From assembly GCA_031385045.1 (NCBI GenBank), contig JANNBC010000024.1, positions 96,001-160,000 of the forward strand: a stretch of 64,000 bases of DNA, given 5' to 3'. Of this stretch, positions 30,884 to 40,711 are shown in pieces. The position numbers and the translations under genes are program-made. Every line of letters begins with the position of its first letter. Positions within the stretch are counted from its first letter, which is position 1. The notes beneath the pieces are model-generated. The model did not search any database. It had not been told where the DNA came from and saw only the letters and a program-made list of their open reading frames with translations. Origin of the DNA: a bacterium (GTDB lineage: Bacteria; Bdellovibrionota_C; UBA2361; CALJRW01).

Positions 30884-32227
30884 TTATTTATCATGATGAC
30901 TGAAGATATATGTGACGCAGTAGTCTTCTTGGTGCCCAATACGCTCTACTTGCAGTCCTGTAATTGGCGCTAAATCTGCACCTGAACCCCAAAGGATTAT
31001 TTTACCACCAGGTGCTAAGTAATTAGCTAAACATTTTAAATCTTGGTGAAATTTTAATGATTCTCTAGAGTTGTCGTGTAGATCCGTAAGTGTTTTTGCA
31101 GGACTACCTTTCGGATTTAAAAATGGACTATTAATAGTTATCAAATCAAATTTCCAATTAGATCTTTGCATTTTCTCTAGGGCTGTTTGAGGATTATCCG
31201 CCTGACAAAGTTGGGCATTTGCTTGGTGTACTTGATTTAAGAGAAAATCTGCTCCCGCGACTGCTATCGGATTGATATCATAGGCACAGATACTAGTATT
31301 TGTTCCAGATTGTTTGGCTATATTATTAATTATAGTTGGAATAATCCCAGAGCCAGTTGCAATATCAAGTACTTTGAGATCCGCAGAGCACAGGCAGAGT
31401 TCTTTGGTAGTTTGAATAATAATATTATAAAATTTTTGGTCAAATCCTAACTGTGGAGTATATACAGTTGGTGGGTAGGGAGTTAATAAATTAGAACTAC
31501 TGCTTAGTATAAATGATGGTTTTTGAAAAAGCTTAGGACTATTGATTGTTCCATAGGGAATGTTAATTTCTTGAAAAGTTTCTCCCAGTGTATCGATGAA
31601 GCAAACTGTACAAGATTTGTTTGCTAAACGAATATTTGATAATTCATACCCATTAATTAATTGGACTAGTGCTGGTGATTGCGGATTCTTGATATAATTT
31701 GAGATATATTCAGTCAGTAGTTTATCTCTAGTTTCTAATCGCTCAGTCCAAAGTTGCGATTGTATACTTAAGGGCAAATCTGAATTAAATCTAAATGCAT
31801 CAACTGGCAAACTTTGAATTGATAAATCCCACATTGGAAAGGCAGTTATTTTTTCACGTTGAAATAGTGGTAAATTGACCGGAAGAATTGCAATTGGAAT
31901 ATTGAATTGGTCAATTAGCAAATCGAGTTGGCGATCTTTTAAGTCATGAGTTAGAAGGTGAGCACTAGGATCAGTAGATAATTTGTAAGGGAAAAATTTA
32001 GCTAGAGTCATTGGTAGGTTTATTCGAACAATTAGACCTGAGGGTACTTGTATTACGTTCTGGGCTTTAGCTCGATCTAGTTCGAGGATTGGCCAGATTT
32101 TCCCTAAGGCTGTTCCCTGAAGCATATCAGCATTAACCAAATCACCTATCTGTAGACTAGGTAAAGCGCGTGATAGTGGGTTAGTTAGGGAGATTGATTT
32201 CTGTTGCATTACGCTTAAGTTATGCAA
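30884..32227 (-). CDS. Class I SAM-dependent methyltransferase with a long unknown N-terminal region
   Basis: VLDIATGSG, YDINPIAV, FDLITINSPF (NPPF-like), LAPGGK. Confidence 0.7.
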   Translation of the reverse strand: MHNLSVMQQKSISLTNPLSRALPSLQIGDLVNADMLQGTALGKIWPILELDRAKAQNVIQVPSGLIVRINLPMTLAKFFPYKLSTDPSAHLLTHDLKDRQLDLLIDQFNIPIAILPVNLPLFQREKITAFPMWDLSIQSLPVDAFRFNSDLPLSIQSQLWTERLETRDKLLTEYISNYIKNPQSPALVQLINGYELSNIRLANKSCTVCFIDTLGETFQEINIPYGTINSPKLFQKPSFILSSSSNLLTPYPPTVYTPQLGFDQKFYNIIIQTTKELCLCSADLKVLDIATGSGIIPTIINNIAKQSGTNTSICAYDINPIAVAGADFLLNQVHQANAQLCQADNPQTALEKMQRSNWKFDLITINSPFLNPKGSPAKTLTDLHDNSRESLKFHQDLKCLANYLAPGGKIILWGSGADLAPITGLQVERIGHQEDYCVTYIFSHHDK

Positions 32228-32345
32228 GTATTTTAGACTAATGTGAGACTAAATTGAGCGATTTCTAATACTTTCGATAACTTGTAATAGAGCTTGTCAT
32301 AGGTTATAAAGTACTGGAATCATGCTTTAATTTGAAGATACCCGA

Positions 32346-33413
32346 ATGTTGTCACTTAAATACAATAATGTTCGCATTGAGTCCTATGCCTTTAATCGTC
32401 CCTTGATCAAAGTTACTAGTGCGGAAATCGAAGATCGTTTAGCACCTATTTATCAGCGCTACTCCGTTCCTTTTGGAACCCTGGAAAGACTTAGCGGGAT
32501 TACGGAAAGAGGGTTTTTTGAAAAAGGAACTCGTCCTAGTCAAATTGCCACAGCTGCCGCAAAAGAAGCTATTGAAAAATCGGGTATCGCCATGGAAGAC
32601 ATTGGTGCGGTCATTAATTGTTCTGTCACTCGAGATTTTTTTGAACCAGCAACCGCTATTCTTGTGCATCGTAATCTTGGAATGAAAGAAGAGGTTCTTG
32701 CTTTTGATATTACCAATGCTTGTATTGGATTCTCTAATGGCATGATGTTAATTGCTAATATGATTGAGTCTGGTGTGATCAAGGCAGGTCTTGTGACATC
32801 TGGGGAGAATATGGCTCCAATTACAGACACCACATTTAATAAATTATTAAATGAAGATAGCTCTCATATCACTCGCTCTGAATTTGTAAAAATGTTACCA
32901 ACTTTTACTTTAGGCAGTGGAGGCGTAGCAATGGTTCTTTGCCATCAAGATTTAGCTACACAAAATCATCGCTTAGTTGCCAGTCATCCAAGAAGTGCCA
33001 GTGAGCATGCTGATTTATGTATTGGTAATGGTGACTTTTGCTTTACTCAGGCTGATGGCTTAGATCCATTGATGGAGACAGAGTCTCAGAAGTTAATTGC
33101 TGCTGCCGCTAAACTTGGAGCTCGGGCATGGCCAGAATTTTCTGAGTTAACTGGTTGGAGTGCGGAAGAATTAGATCATATAGTTTGTCATCAAATTGGG
33201 AAGCAGGTGAATGCTAGTTTTTACGGATCGCAAGGATTGCCTCATGATCGGGAGCATTTGTCATATCCTGAATATGGTAATTTGGTTTCCGCAGCATTGC
33301 CTTCGGCCTTAATTATGGCAGCTGAAAATAATAAGTTCATGACAGGAGATAAGATCTTGTTAACTGCTTATGGTAGTGGTTTAAATACAATTTTTTCCGG
33401 CATTATTTGGTGA
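32346..33413 (+). CDS. oleA: OleA acyl-CoA:acyl-CoA alkyltransferase (thiolase/KAS III fold)
   Basis: SVTRDFFEPATA (Glu), FDITNACIG (Cys), CHQIG (His); oleBCD context. Confidence 0.88.
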   Translation: MLSLKYNNVRIESYAFNRPLIKVTSAEIEDRLAPIYQRYSVPFGTLERLSGITERGFFEKGTRPSQIATAAAKEAIEKSGIAMEDIGAVINCSVTRDFFEPATAILVHRNLGMKEEVLAFDITNACIGFSNGMMLIANMIESGVIKAGLVTSGENMAPITDTTFNKLLNEDSSHITRSEFVKMLPTFTLGSGGVAMVLCHQDLATQNHRLVASHPRSASEHADLCIGNGDFCFTQADGLDPLMETESQKLIAAAAKLGARAWPEFSELTGWSAEELDHIVCHQIGKQVNASFYGSQGLPHDREHLSYPEYGNLVSAALPSALIMAAENNKFMTGDKILLTAYGSGLNTIFSGIIW

Positions 33414-35989
33414 ACCAACAAGAGATCGATCTGCTAAAGCAGTATTATCCATTTCCATCTAAATTTCTTACAATTGCCGGGCATCAAATGCATTACATTG
33501 ATGTTGGTTCGGGGCCAGTTGTAATTTTATTACATGGTAATCCTACTTGGGGTTTTTACTATCGAGAGTTAGTAAAAACTTTACAAGAAAACTATCGAGT
33601 GATTGTGCCTGATTTTTTGGGTATGGGACTTTCTGATCATCCGATTGATGCTAGCTTTCGGTCTTCTGATCGAATTCAGCACATGCAGGAATTTATTGAT
33701 TCTTTAGAGATTAAAAAGTTTTCTTTAGTAACCCATGATTGGGGTGGATCGATTGGTTCGGGATTAGCAATTCGTAACTTAGAAAAATTAGAGCGACTTG
33801 TATACTTAAATACAACGCTTACAGTTACAGAAAGTTTGCCGCTAATTATTAAAAGAGCAACAAAGCCTTTAATTGGAAACTTCCTAACTCAAAGAACTAA
33901 ACATTTCTTAAAATTAACAACTGAAGTTGGCGTTGCTAAAAAGTTACCGAAAGAGATTAAGAAGTGTTATTTATTACCTTACAAAACCAGAGCTAGACGC
34001 AAGGCAATTTGGGATTTTGTTGCGGACATTCCTTTTGATAGTAACCATCCAAGTTATCCAGCCATGTTAGATTTGGCAGAAAATATTGGTACCTTAAGTA
34101 AAATTCCTGTCCAAATTATTTGGGGATTAAAAGATCCTTGCTTCCATCGTGAGATGCTAAATAACGTAGCTGGATTATTCCCACAATCTCGTGTCTTAGA
34201 AATTCCGGATGCTTCACACTTAGTTCTAGAAGATGCTGAGGAACTTACCTGCAAAACAATCAAAAATTTTCTAGCTATGCCTTACGAGGAAGCGATTCAA
34301 CCGATTTATTCTGATGATGCTTCTACAGAAACTCCGGAAGACATTAACGCTTTTTTTCGAGCCTTCACTGCAAATGTGAAAAAACAGCCTTACACCTACG
34401 CGGCAATTGAACCAAGCTTTTTGATTGATGATTTAAAATATCGGCAGATTAATTTTAAAGATCTGGCCAAGACAATTAATAAATACCAGCGTGGATTAAG
34501 TGAATTAGGACTGAAGGCCGGGGATAAAGTTCTGATGCTAGTTCCACCGGGAATTAATTTTTTAACCTTAAGTTATGCGGTAATGGGGCGTGGAGCCGTG
34601 CCCGTATTTCTTGATCCTGGAATGGGCAAAGAGAAATTAATTAATTGCATTGAAGAATTAAAACCAGATGTTTTAATTGCTTCGTTGAAAGCGGAACTAT
34701 TTAGGTTTTTAAAGCCTAAAATATTTAGCTCGGTTCGATTTAGAATTGTTGCCAGTGAATGGTTTCTGGGTCGTGCTTATTCCTTATCATATTTAAAGAA
34801 GTTTGCTGAGCAAAGTATTCCAGCAATTGCCAATCCGGATCAGAATGTTTTAGTTGCTTATACCTCAGGTGCGACAGGTAGGCCGAAGGGCGTGGTTTAT
34901 GACAATCAAATGATTAATGCGCAGCTAAAGATTTTTAAAGAGCAGTTTGGATTAGAAGCTGGTAAAAAAGATTTGCCATTACTGCCTATCTTTTCTTTGT
35001 TTAATTTGGCCTTGGGTATTACTAGCGTAATCGCACCACTTAATCCTTCCAAGCCATTGGAATTAGATCCTCGAAAAGTTACCCAGATTATTAACGATCT
35101 AGGAATTAATTACTCATTTGGTTCTCCCACACTTTGGAGAAAGATTGCAGAATATTGTTTCCGTTCTCGGCAATCTTTATTGTCCCTCGAGAAAATATTT
35201 ATGGCTGGGGCTCCAGTTCCAGAAAGTACAGTGGGGTTGTTAAAAGATGTTGTTCCGAATGGAGAATCTTTCACACCTTATGGTGCAACAGAGGCTTTGC
35301 CTGTGACCTTAATTAGTGGTCAGGAAATTTTAGATCTAAAACGACAACCTGCCAAATCTGGCGAGCAAGGAACCCTTGTTGGAAAAGAAGTGAAAGGGGT
35401 TGAGATCAAAATTATTGCGCGACGATCTGATCAGACCACTGACTTTTCAGCAATTCAGGAGTTAGAACATTTAGCCATTGGTGAGATTATCGTTGCTGGT
35501 GATAATATTAGTAAAAAATATTTTGAACTTCCGGAAGCAAATAAAAAGTCTAAGATCCTAGAAGGTTCAAAGCTTTGGCATGTAATCGGTGATCTTGGAT
35601 ATTTAGATCTAAGTGGTAATTTATATTTCTGTGGACGAACCACTCATTTAGTTGAATATCAAGGAGCTATTTATTATAGCGAGCCCTGCGAAATTCCTTT
35701 TAACTTACATCCTAAGGTTTCTAGAACAGCTTTAGTTAAACTAGATTCTGGTGAGCCAGCAATTGTGATTGAGCCATTACCTCAGTACTATCCAGATACT
35801 AGCGAGAAAAAGGCAATTTTCGTGAAAGAGTTGAAGTTAATTGCTGGACAGCAGTCCTTCACTAAACACATTAATCGTTTTTTCTTTCACCAATCATTTC
35901 CAGTCGATCCGCGACATAATGCTAAGATTTATCGAGACATCTTAGGGGTTTGGGCTAGCCAACAAGAACCTAATTTGAGTGAAATATAA
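33407..35989 (+). CDS. OleB-OleC fusion (beta-lactone decarboxylase + beta-lactone synthetase)
   Basis: N-terminal HGNPTW, HDWGG (Asp nucleophile); C-terminal YTSGATGRPKG, TPYGATEALP, FPVDPRHNAKI. Confidence 0.88.
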   Translation: MVNQQEIDLLKQYYPFPSKFLTIAGHQMHYIDVGSGPVVILLHGNPTWGFYYRELVKTLQENYRVIVPDFLGMGLSDHPIDASFRSSDRIQHMQEFIDSLEIKKFSLVTHDWGGSIGSGLAIRNLEKLERLVYLNTTLTVTESLPLIIKRATKPLIGNFLTQRTKHFLKLTTEVGVAKKLPKEIKKCYLLPYKTRARRKAIWDFVADIPFDSNHPSYPAMLDLAENIGTLSKIPVQIIWGLKDPCFHREMLNNVAGLFPQSRVLEIPDASHLVLEDAEELTCKTIKNFLAMPYEEAIQPIYSDDASTETPEDINAFFRAFTANVKKQPYTYAAIEPSFLIDDLKYRQINFKDLAKTINKYQRGLSELGLKAGDKVLMLVPPGINFLTLSYAVMGRGAVPVFLDPGMGKEKLINCIEELKPDVLIASLKAELFRFLKPKIFSSVRFRIVASEWFLGRAYSLSYLKKFAEQSIPAIANPDQNVLVAYTSGATGRPKGVVYDNQMINAQLKIFKEQFGLEAGKKDLPLLPIFSLFNLALGITSVIAPLNPSKPLELDPRKVTQIINDLGINYSFGSPTLWRKIAEYCFRSRQSLLSLEKIFMAGAPVPESTVGLLKDVVPNGESFTPYGATEALPVTLISGQEILDLKRQPAKSGEQGTLVGKEVKGVEIKIIARRSDQTTDFSAIQELEHLAIGEIIVAGDNISKKYFELPEANKKSKILEGSKLWHVIGDLGYLDLSGNLYFCGRTTHLVEYQGAIYYSEPCEIPFNLHPKVSRTALVKLDSGEPAIVIEPLPQYYPDTSEKKAIFVKELKLIAGQQSFTKHINRFFFHQSFPVDPRHNAKIYRDILGVWASQQEPNLSEI

Positions 35990-36983
35990 AATGGCGAAAA
36001 TTCTTGTCACTGGTGGAAGTGGATTTGTTGGTCAAGCACTAGCGATTGCTCTTAGTCAGGCTGGTCATCAAGTAATTGCTTTAAGTCGTAAGCCTAATCC
36101 GGAACTACAAAAGCTTGGAATCCAAATTATTTCCTGTGATTTAGCAAAAAAAGATGAGATTGATTCTATCTCACTTACTGGGGTAGAAACTATTTTTCAT
36201 ACTGCTGCTTATGTAAAAATGTGGGGGAAATATAATAATTTCTATCAAACAAATTTCTTAGGAACCAAATATCTACTAGAAAAAGCTAAGGCTCAGCACG
36301 TTAAGAAATTTATTTATACTAGCTCTCCAAGTGTAATTGCAGACGGTAAAGATTTAAAGGGTATTAACGAAGCTTACTCCTATCCCAAAAAGTACAAAGC
36401 CTATTATCCACAAACAAAATCTTTGGCTGAAAAATTTGTTCTTGCAAATAACTCCAAGGATTTTAAAACTCTAGCACTTCGTCCGCATCTTATTTGGGGA
36501 CCAGGAGATACAAATCTAATTCCCACAATTTTAGCTAAGGCCAAATCTGGAAAATTAAAGATTATTGGTGATGGCCAGAATAAAGTAGATATTTGTTACA
36601 TTGAGGATTGTATCTCGGCACATCTTTGTGCTTACTCCGCACTTGATGCTAATCCGAAAGCTGCGGGTAAGGCTTATTTTATCAGCCAAGGGGAGCCAGT
36701 AATACTTTGGGATTGGATTAACCAAGTCTTAGAATTAAATGGTCTACCAAAAATTACCAGAAAGATACCTTTTAAGTTTGCTTATAGTTTGGCGACAGTT
36801 TTAGAGTTGCTTGCTAGGCTAATTCCTAGTGCTCCAGAACCAATTTTAACTCGATTTTTAGTTTCTGAAATGGCCACAGATCATTACTTTGACCTAGCCA
36901 GAGCCAAGGAATTTTTAGGTTTTCAGCCAAAGTATTCTGTTCAAGCAGGGATGGAAAAGACTTTTGGTAAATCTAATTGCTAA
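35979..36983 (+). CDS. oleD: OleD 2-alkyl-3-oxoalkanoate reductase (3-beta-HSD-like SDR)
   Basis: VTGGSGFVG, YTSSPSV, YPQTKSLAE, LRPHLIWGPGD. Confidence 0.88.
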   Translation: MKYKMAKILVTGGSGFVGQALAIALSQAGHQVIALSRKPNPELQKLGIQIISCDLAKKDEIDSISLTGVETIFHTAAYVKMWGKYNNFYQTNFLGTKYLLEKAKAQHVKKFIYTSSPSVIADGKDLKGINEAYSYPKKYKAYYPQTKSLAEKFVLANNSKDFKTLALRPHLIWGPGDTNLIPTILAKAKSGKLKIIGDGQNKVDICYIEDCISAHLCAYSALDANPKAAGKAYFISQGEPVILWDWINQVLELNGLPKITRKIPFKFAYSLATVLELLARLIPSAPEPILTRFLVSEMATDHYFDLARAKEFLGFQPKYSVQAGMEKTFGKSNC

Positions 36984-37886
36984 TTATTTAAAGCTACTTT
37001 GGATTTTAGTAATAAATTCTTCGGCTGGTAATTTAACAACTTGGTGTAAAAAATTAGCTAGGGGTAATTTTTTTTCAGTATCAGTTCGGGATCTAATTAA
37101 AGCTTGATAGAGAGATTTTCCGAGCTTTGTTTCTTCAATCTCATAATCAAGTCGATCGGCATGAGCTTTGACAATTTGTCTAGTGTCACTATCTGCAGGT
37201 AGTCCATGTCGAGCAATTGCTTGCATCATTCCTTTGCCAAGCTCTAAAAGTAATACAGGTAAAACAACTCCTGCAGCATTGACACTAGTCCCTCCGCTGG
37301 AATCATTTTCTAGATTTACAATGCCCGCTGGGGGAGTATGCTTTTGCATTTCTTTTAACATTTGCGGATTGATTGCCCAATAAAGAGATTCAGCGAAGGG
37401 CATGACCTTTTTATAGTTTAGAGCTAAGTCAGGATTTATTTGATCTAACTGATCATCTTTTAACATGTAGATATTTTGACAAGAGTGCCCAGCACCAGCA
37501 ATTAAAAAATTAATTAGGCGGCGTTTCTTAATTTCTAACTCAATCTCTGGAGTAATTGGATTAGCCGGTAAAAATGTAGCTAGAGCTAAGGGGTTCGCCT
37601 GAATTAATTGTTCTGGGTGATGTGGGATTTCCTGTGGAGAGACTAAACTTGCACTAAGTTTGATATCAGATTCATTAGCTTGAAATGCTTCATAAATCCA
37701 AGTTTTTGCTAGTTGTTGAAGTTTTTCTTGGTGAGGCTCTTCAATTGTTTGAATTCTAATAGAAGCTTGTTGCAAACTAAAGTTTTGGTTAAGGCCTGCT
37801 GCAATAAGTCTAGTCTGAAGATCCTCTTTGGCGATTGATGTTAAATGTTGGCTTATAGTAGACCCAAGAATTTCTGCGATATTCAT
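36984..37886 (-). CDS. Hypothetical protein
   Basis: 300-aa ORF; no recognised motif. Confidence 0.7.
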   Translation of the reverse strand: MNIAEILGSTISQHLTSIAKEDLQTRLIAAGLNQNFSLQQASIRIQTIEEPHQEKLQQLAKTWIYEAFQANESDIKLSASLVSPQEIPHHPEQLIQANPLALATFLPANPITPEIELEIKKRRLINFLIAGAGHSCQNIYMLKDDQLDQINPDLALNYKKVMPFAESLYWAINPQMLKEMQKHTPPAGIVNLENDSSGGTSVNAAGVVLPVLLLELGKGMMQAIARHGLPADSDTRQIVKAHADRLDYEIEETKLGKSLYQALIRSRTDTEKKLPLANFLHQVVKLPAEEFITKIQSSFK

Positions 37887-37988
37887 AGTAAGGTATTTCT
37901 AAACTAAGTTGTTTCTTAGTCAAATTTTGTTTGATTTTAGCTTATTAATTGAGTTATTATTTACAAGCTTAAAGTTATCGGAGATTTT

Positions 37989-38177
37989 ATGGTAATTATA
38001 GAAAGTAGCAGAACAGCTGCTGTAGCTCCTACCCCTGTTAGAGAACCTGCAGTTAGGCCAATTATTGAACCGCAACCAGTTACCCCAAAAGTACCAACGC
38101 CTGCACCGAATCCTGATAGTCCTTTTCGACTTCCTCCACATATAGATCCAAATGAAACAGAACGCCCGAAAGCTTAG
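37989..38177 (+). CDS. Small proline-rich peptide
   Basis: 62 aa, GGAG SD-like sequence upstream; ends 11 nt before the next gene, which has its own AGGAG. Confidence 0.6.
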   Translation: MVIIESSRTAAVAPTPVREPAVRPIIEPQPVTPKVPTPAPNPDSPFRLPPHIDPNETERPKA

Positions 38178-38188
38178 TTAAGGAGAAA

Positions 38189-39874
38189 TTGATGGAGCAA
38201 GTAGGGGTTAATAGTGATCTAGCTGCAATTAGGCTAGATCAAGAGTTTCTTGCAACGAATGATCTGAACAGAGTGGAGCAACTAATTTTAGCTGGTGCTA
38301 GAATTAACACCGTTAATGAAACTGGTCATACAAAGCTACACTTAGCTATTCAAAATAAACAATATGCAATTTTAGGTTTACTAATTGCGGCAGGTGCTGA
38401 TGCTAGCATTCGTTCTGTGAATAATTATGCGCCCTTAGCAATTGCTTTAAAGAATAAGGATGAGCGTGCTGTCTGGATGCTAGCAACTTTGGGATTTGAT
38501 TTAGATCAAAGTCATAATGGCATTGGAGCGCAATTTACTTTTCTAGCAAATCAATTACTCAAATTAAATAATAAAGGTTTTGATCCCTTAACTATCTTGC
38601 AAGAAGCATCAAGAATGTTCTTTCTTGAAGCGCCTGATTTAATGAAAGTATTCCCAGTTTTTCCAAAGCCCCCTGATGCCTTGATCACAGTACGAGACTT
38701 AGAAGTATTACATATCTTTGTAATGGCAGGAGCATTGCTTAGCTCGGTGGATCCAGATCACTATACTTCAGATTCCTTTACCTTTCGGCCTAAAGAAGCT
38801 TATCCTCATATATCTAGGCTTTTAAAAAATATTTTTAGTGTTGCAGTTGAAGATATCAGCAAAGTTAGTCAAGGATTGTTAAATTTTGAGCAGGCTGATT
38901 TGAAACATTTTAAGGACTTTTATCAGTTTGCTTTGAAATATCTAGTTGTTCCTGAAATCCTCAATCAAATTCCCGCAGGTTATTTATCAGAATTTAATAA
39001 ACATATTTTTCACAAAGTAGAGCAGGATATAGGAAAGTCCTTTCTGGAATATTTAACAATGCACCGACCAATTGATTTATTACAAAATTTAAATCAAATC
39101 TGGCACTTGCGAGTAAATGATTTTATTGCGCTAGCTCGGGATTTTTCTCCAGTTGGTGATTCCTGGAGGCCGGTACTTCCTAATTGTGAGATACCAACTG
39201 GCCTTCCTGAGCTTGCCGGATGGAAGATAATTAATTTAGTTAATGGTGAGCAACTGAGTCATGAGGGACAGGCCCTTCGTCATTGCGTTGCTGGATATTC
39301 GCGGTCTTGTATGGAACATAATAGCCATATTTGCTCAATTCGTGATCCAAGTAATGTCTCTCGATCAACATTTGAATTTAAAGTATTACTAGCCGATGAT
39401 GCCAATTATAAAGACCGAGTAGCATCATTTCGAAATGTAGGGTTTGCCATTCCGGAAACAGGAAGTGAGCCAGCACGAATATTTAGACTTGTTCAACATT
39501 CTGGAGAAAGAAATGCTAGTCCCTCGGAGGAATGTAAGAAGATTATTGAATATTTTATGGATCAAGTTAAGTTTGGTATTTATGATTTAAAACCACAAAC
39601 TATAGTTAACGAACAAGGTGTTGTAGATTTCACTCAAATTAGTTTTTTAGAAAATTATGTTGGGATTCGCAAGGATAGGTTTAATGCCGAGCGCTGTGAG
39701 CAAGTAATTGACTTATTCGCTGGTCGTAGTCATGGCTTTGTTAAATTGCGACATGGGCGAAAAAAATCATTAATTCCTAGAGCACTCTCAAGACAAGGCT
39801 ACGATGCTTTTTTTGAAGCTAGCGGACTACGAACTGCAATTAAGGGAAGTTTAGCAATTCATTTTATGAAGTAA
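38189..39874 (+). CDS. Ankyrin-repeat + PcfJ-like domain protein, paralog 1
   Basis: GHTKLHLAI, YAPLAIAL ankyrins; L-SHEGQALRHCVAGY...SHICSIR...STFE...G-RN. Confidence 0.8.
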   Translation: MMEQVGVNSDLAAIRLDQEFLATNDLNRVEQLILAGARINTVNETGHTKLHLAIQNKQYAILGLLIAAGADASIRSVNNYAPLAIALKNKDERAVWMLATLGFDLDQSHNGIGAQFTFLANQLLKLNNKGFDPLTILQEASRMFFLEAPDLMKVFPVFPKPPDALITVRDLEVLHIFVMAGALLSSVDPDHYTSDSFTFRPKEAYPHISRLLKNIFSVAVEDISKVSQGLLNFEQADLKHFKDFYQFALKYLVVPEILNQIPAGYLSEFNKHIFHKVEQDIGKSFLEYLTMHRPIDLLQNLNQIWHLRVNDFIALARDFSPVGDSWRPVLPNCEIPTGLPELAGWKIINLVNGEQLSHEGQALRHCVAGYSRSCMEHNSHICSIRDPSNVSRSTFEFKVLLADDANYKDRVASFRNVGFAIPETGSEPARIFRLVQHSGERNASPSEECKKIIEYFMDQVKFGIYDLKPQTIVNEQGVVDFTQISFLENYVGIRKDRFNAERCEQVIDLFAGRSHGFVKLRHGRKKSLIPRALSRQGYDAFFEASGLRTAIKGSLAIHFMK

Positions 39875-39887
39875 ATAGTCTTAAAAG

Positions 39888-40595
39888 CTAGGACTTACTT
39901 TTGTAGATTCTTCCTTTTAGAACCTCATCAAATAACTCAGGTAGTCTAGCACCATCGGAACACCAAGTTGCATTAAAAATTACAATCTCCTTCTGAAGTG
40001 ATAGCTGATGAAGTTGATCAATAACTTTTTTCATTGTTTCGCCCTGAAATGGATTAAAGAAATAAAAGACTGTGCCATCTTGATAATTTACTTCAGAGGC
40101 ATCAGCTAATTTAAAACTGACACTTTTGGAAAGATTTAAGTCCCGAGCCTTTTGCTCTGCCGCTGAGCAAAGTGCTTCCTGGATTTCTACGCCAACTGTT
40201 CGACAGCCTGAAGCCAAATGCATTAATAGGCAGGGGAAGCCTCCTCCTGAACCTAAATCATAAAATGTATCAGCCGGAGTCAGGTTACAATGTTTTAAAA
40301 GTACTTGTGGCAAGTAAGCCATAGACTTCATATAGGGAAAAGAATCAGTGTTATTAGGATAGCTAATTTGATTTAAACTTTGAAAGACATGATCATCAAA
40401 GCCTAATAGCTCTTCAACGCAACTTGGTCGCCATTCTCCTTTAAAGGTAATTTCTTTTTGAAATTCAGTAGGTGAAAGAGTCCCATCAATTATTTGAGTT
40501 CTAATTATTGCTAGTCTTTCTAGATACAGTTCTCGATTTAAATCAGAGATTTCTGCAAGTGGTAACTGCGAAGCGAGAGAGGGAGATACATGCAC
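39888..40595 (-). CDS. Class I methyltransferase, DOT1-like
   Basis: PYM, TFYDLGSGGG, VGVEIQ, ADA, TVFYFFNPF. Confidence 0.72.
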   Translation of the reverse strand: MHVSPSLASQLPLAEISDLNRELYLERLAIIRTQIIDGTLSPTEFQKEITFKGEWRPSCVEELLGFDDHVFQSLNQISYPNNTDSFPYMKSMAYLPQVLLKHCNLTPADTFYDLGSGGGFPCLLMHLASGCRTVGVEIQEALCSAAEQKARDLNLSKSVSFKLADASEVNYQDGTVFYFFNPFQGETMKKVIDQLHQLSLQKEIVIFNATWCSDGARLPELFDEVLKGRIYKSKS

Positions 40596-40654
40596 TAAAA
40601 GAATTTAACTAGAATCTTGTTCTTAATCAAATTTGAACCCCAAAATGACTAAAT

Positions 40655-40682
40655 TTGACTAGCTAGAGAATGTAATTACAAT
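40655..40682 (+). promoter_or_regulatory. Possible sigma70 promoter for the tandem Ank-PcfJ genes
   Basis: TTGACT-16nt-TACAAT, 30 nt before ATG 40712. Confidence 0.4.
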
Positions 40683-40711
40683 CATACTTCCAATTTCTGA
40701 TTTGTCTTACC

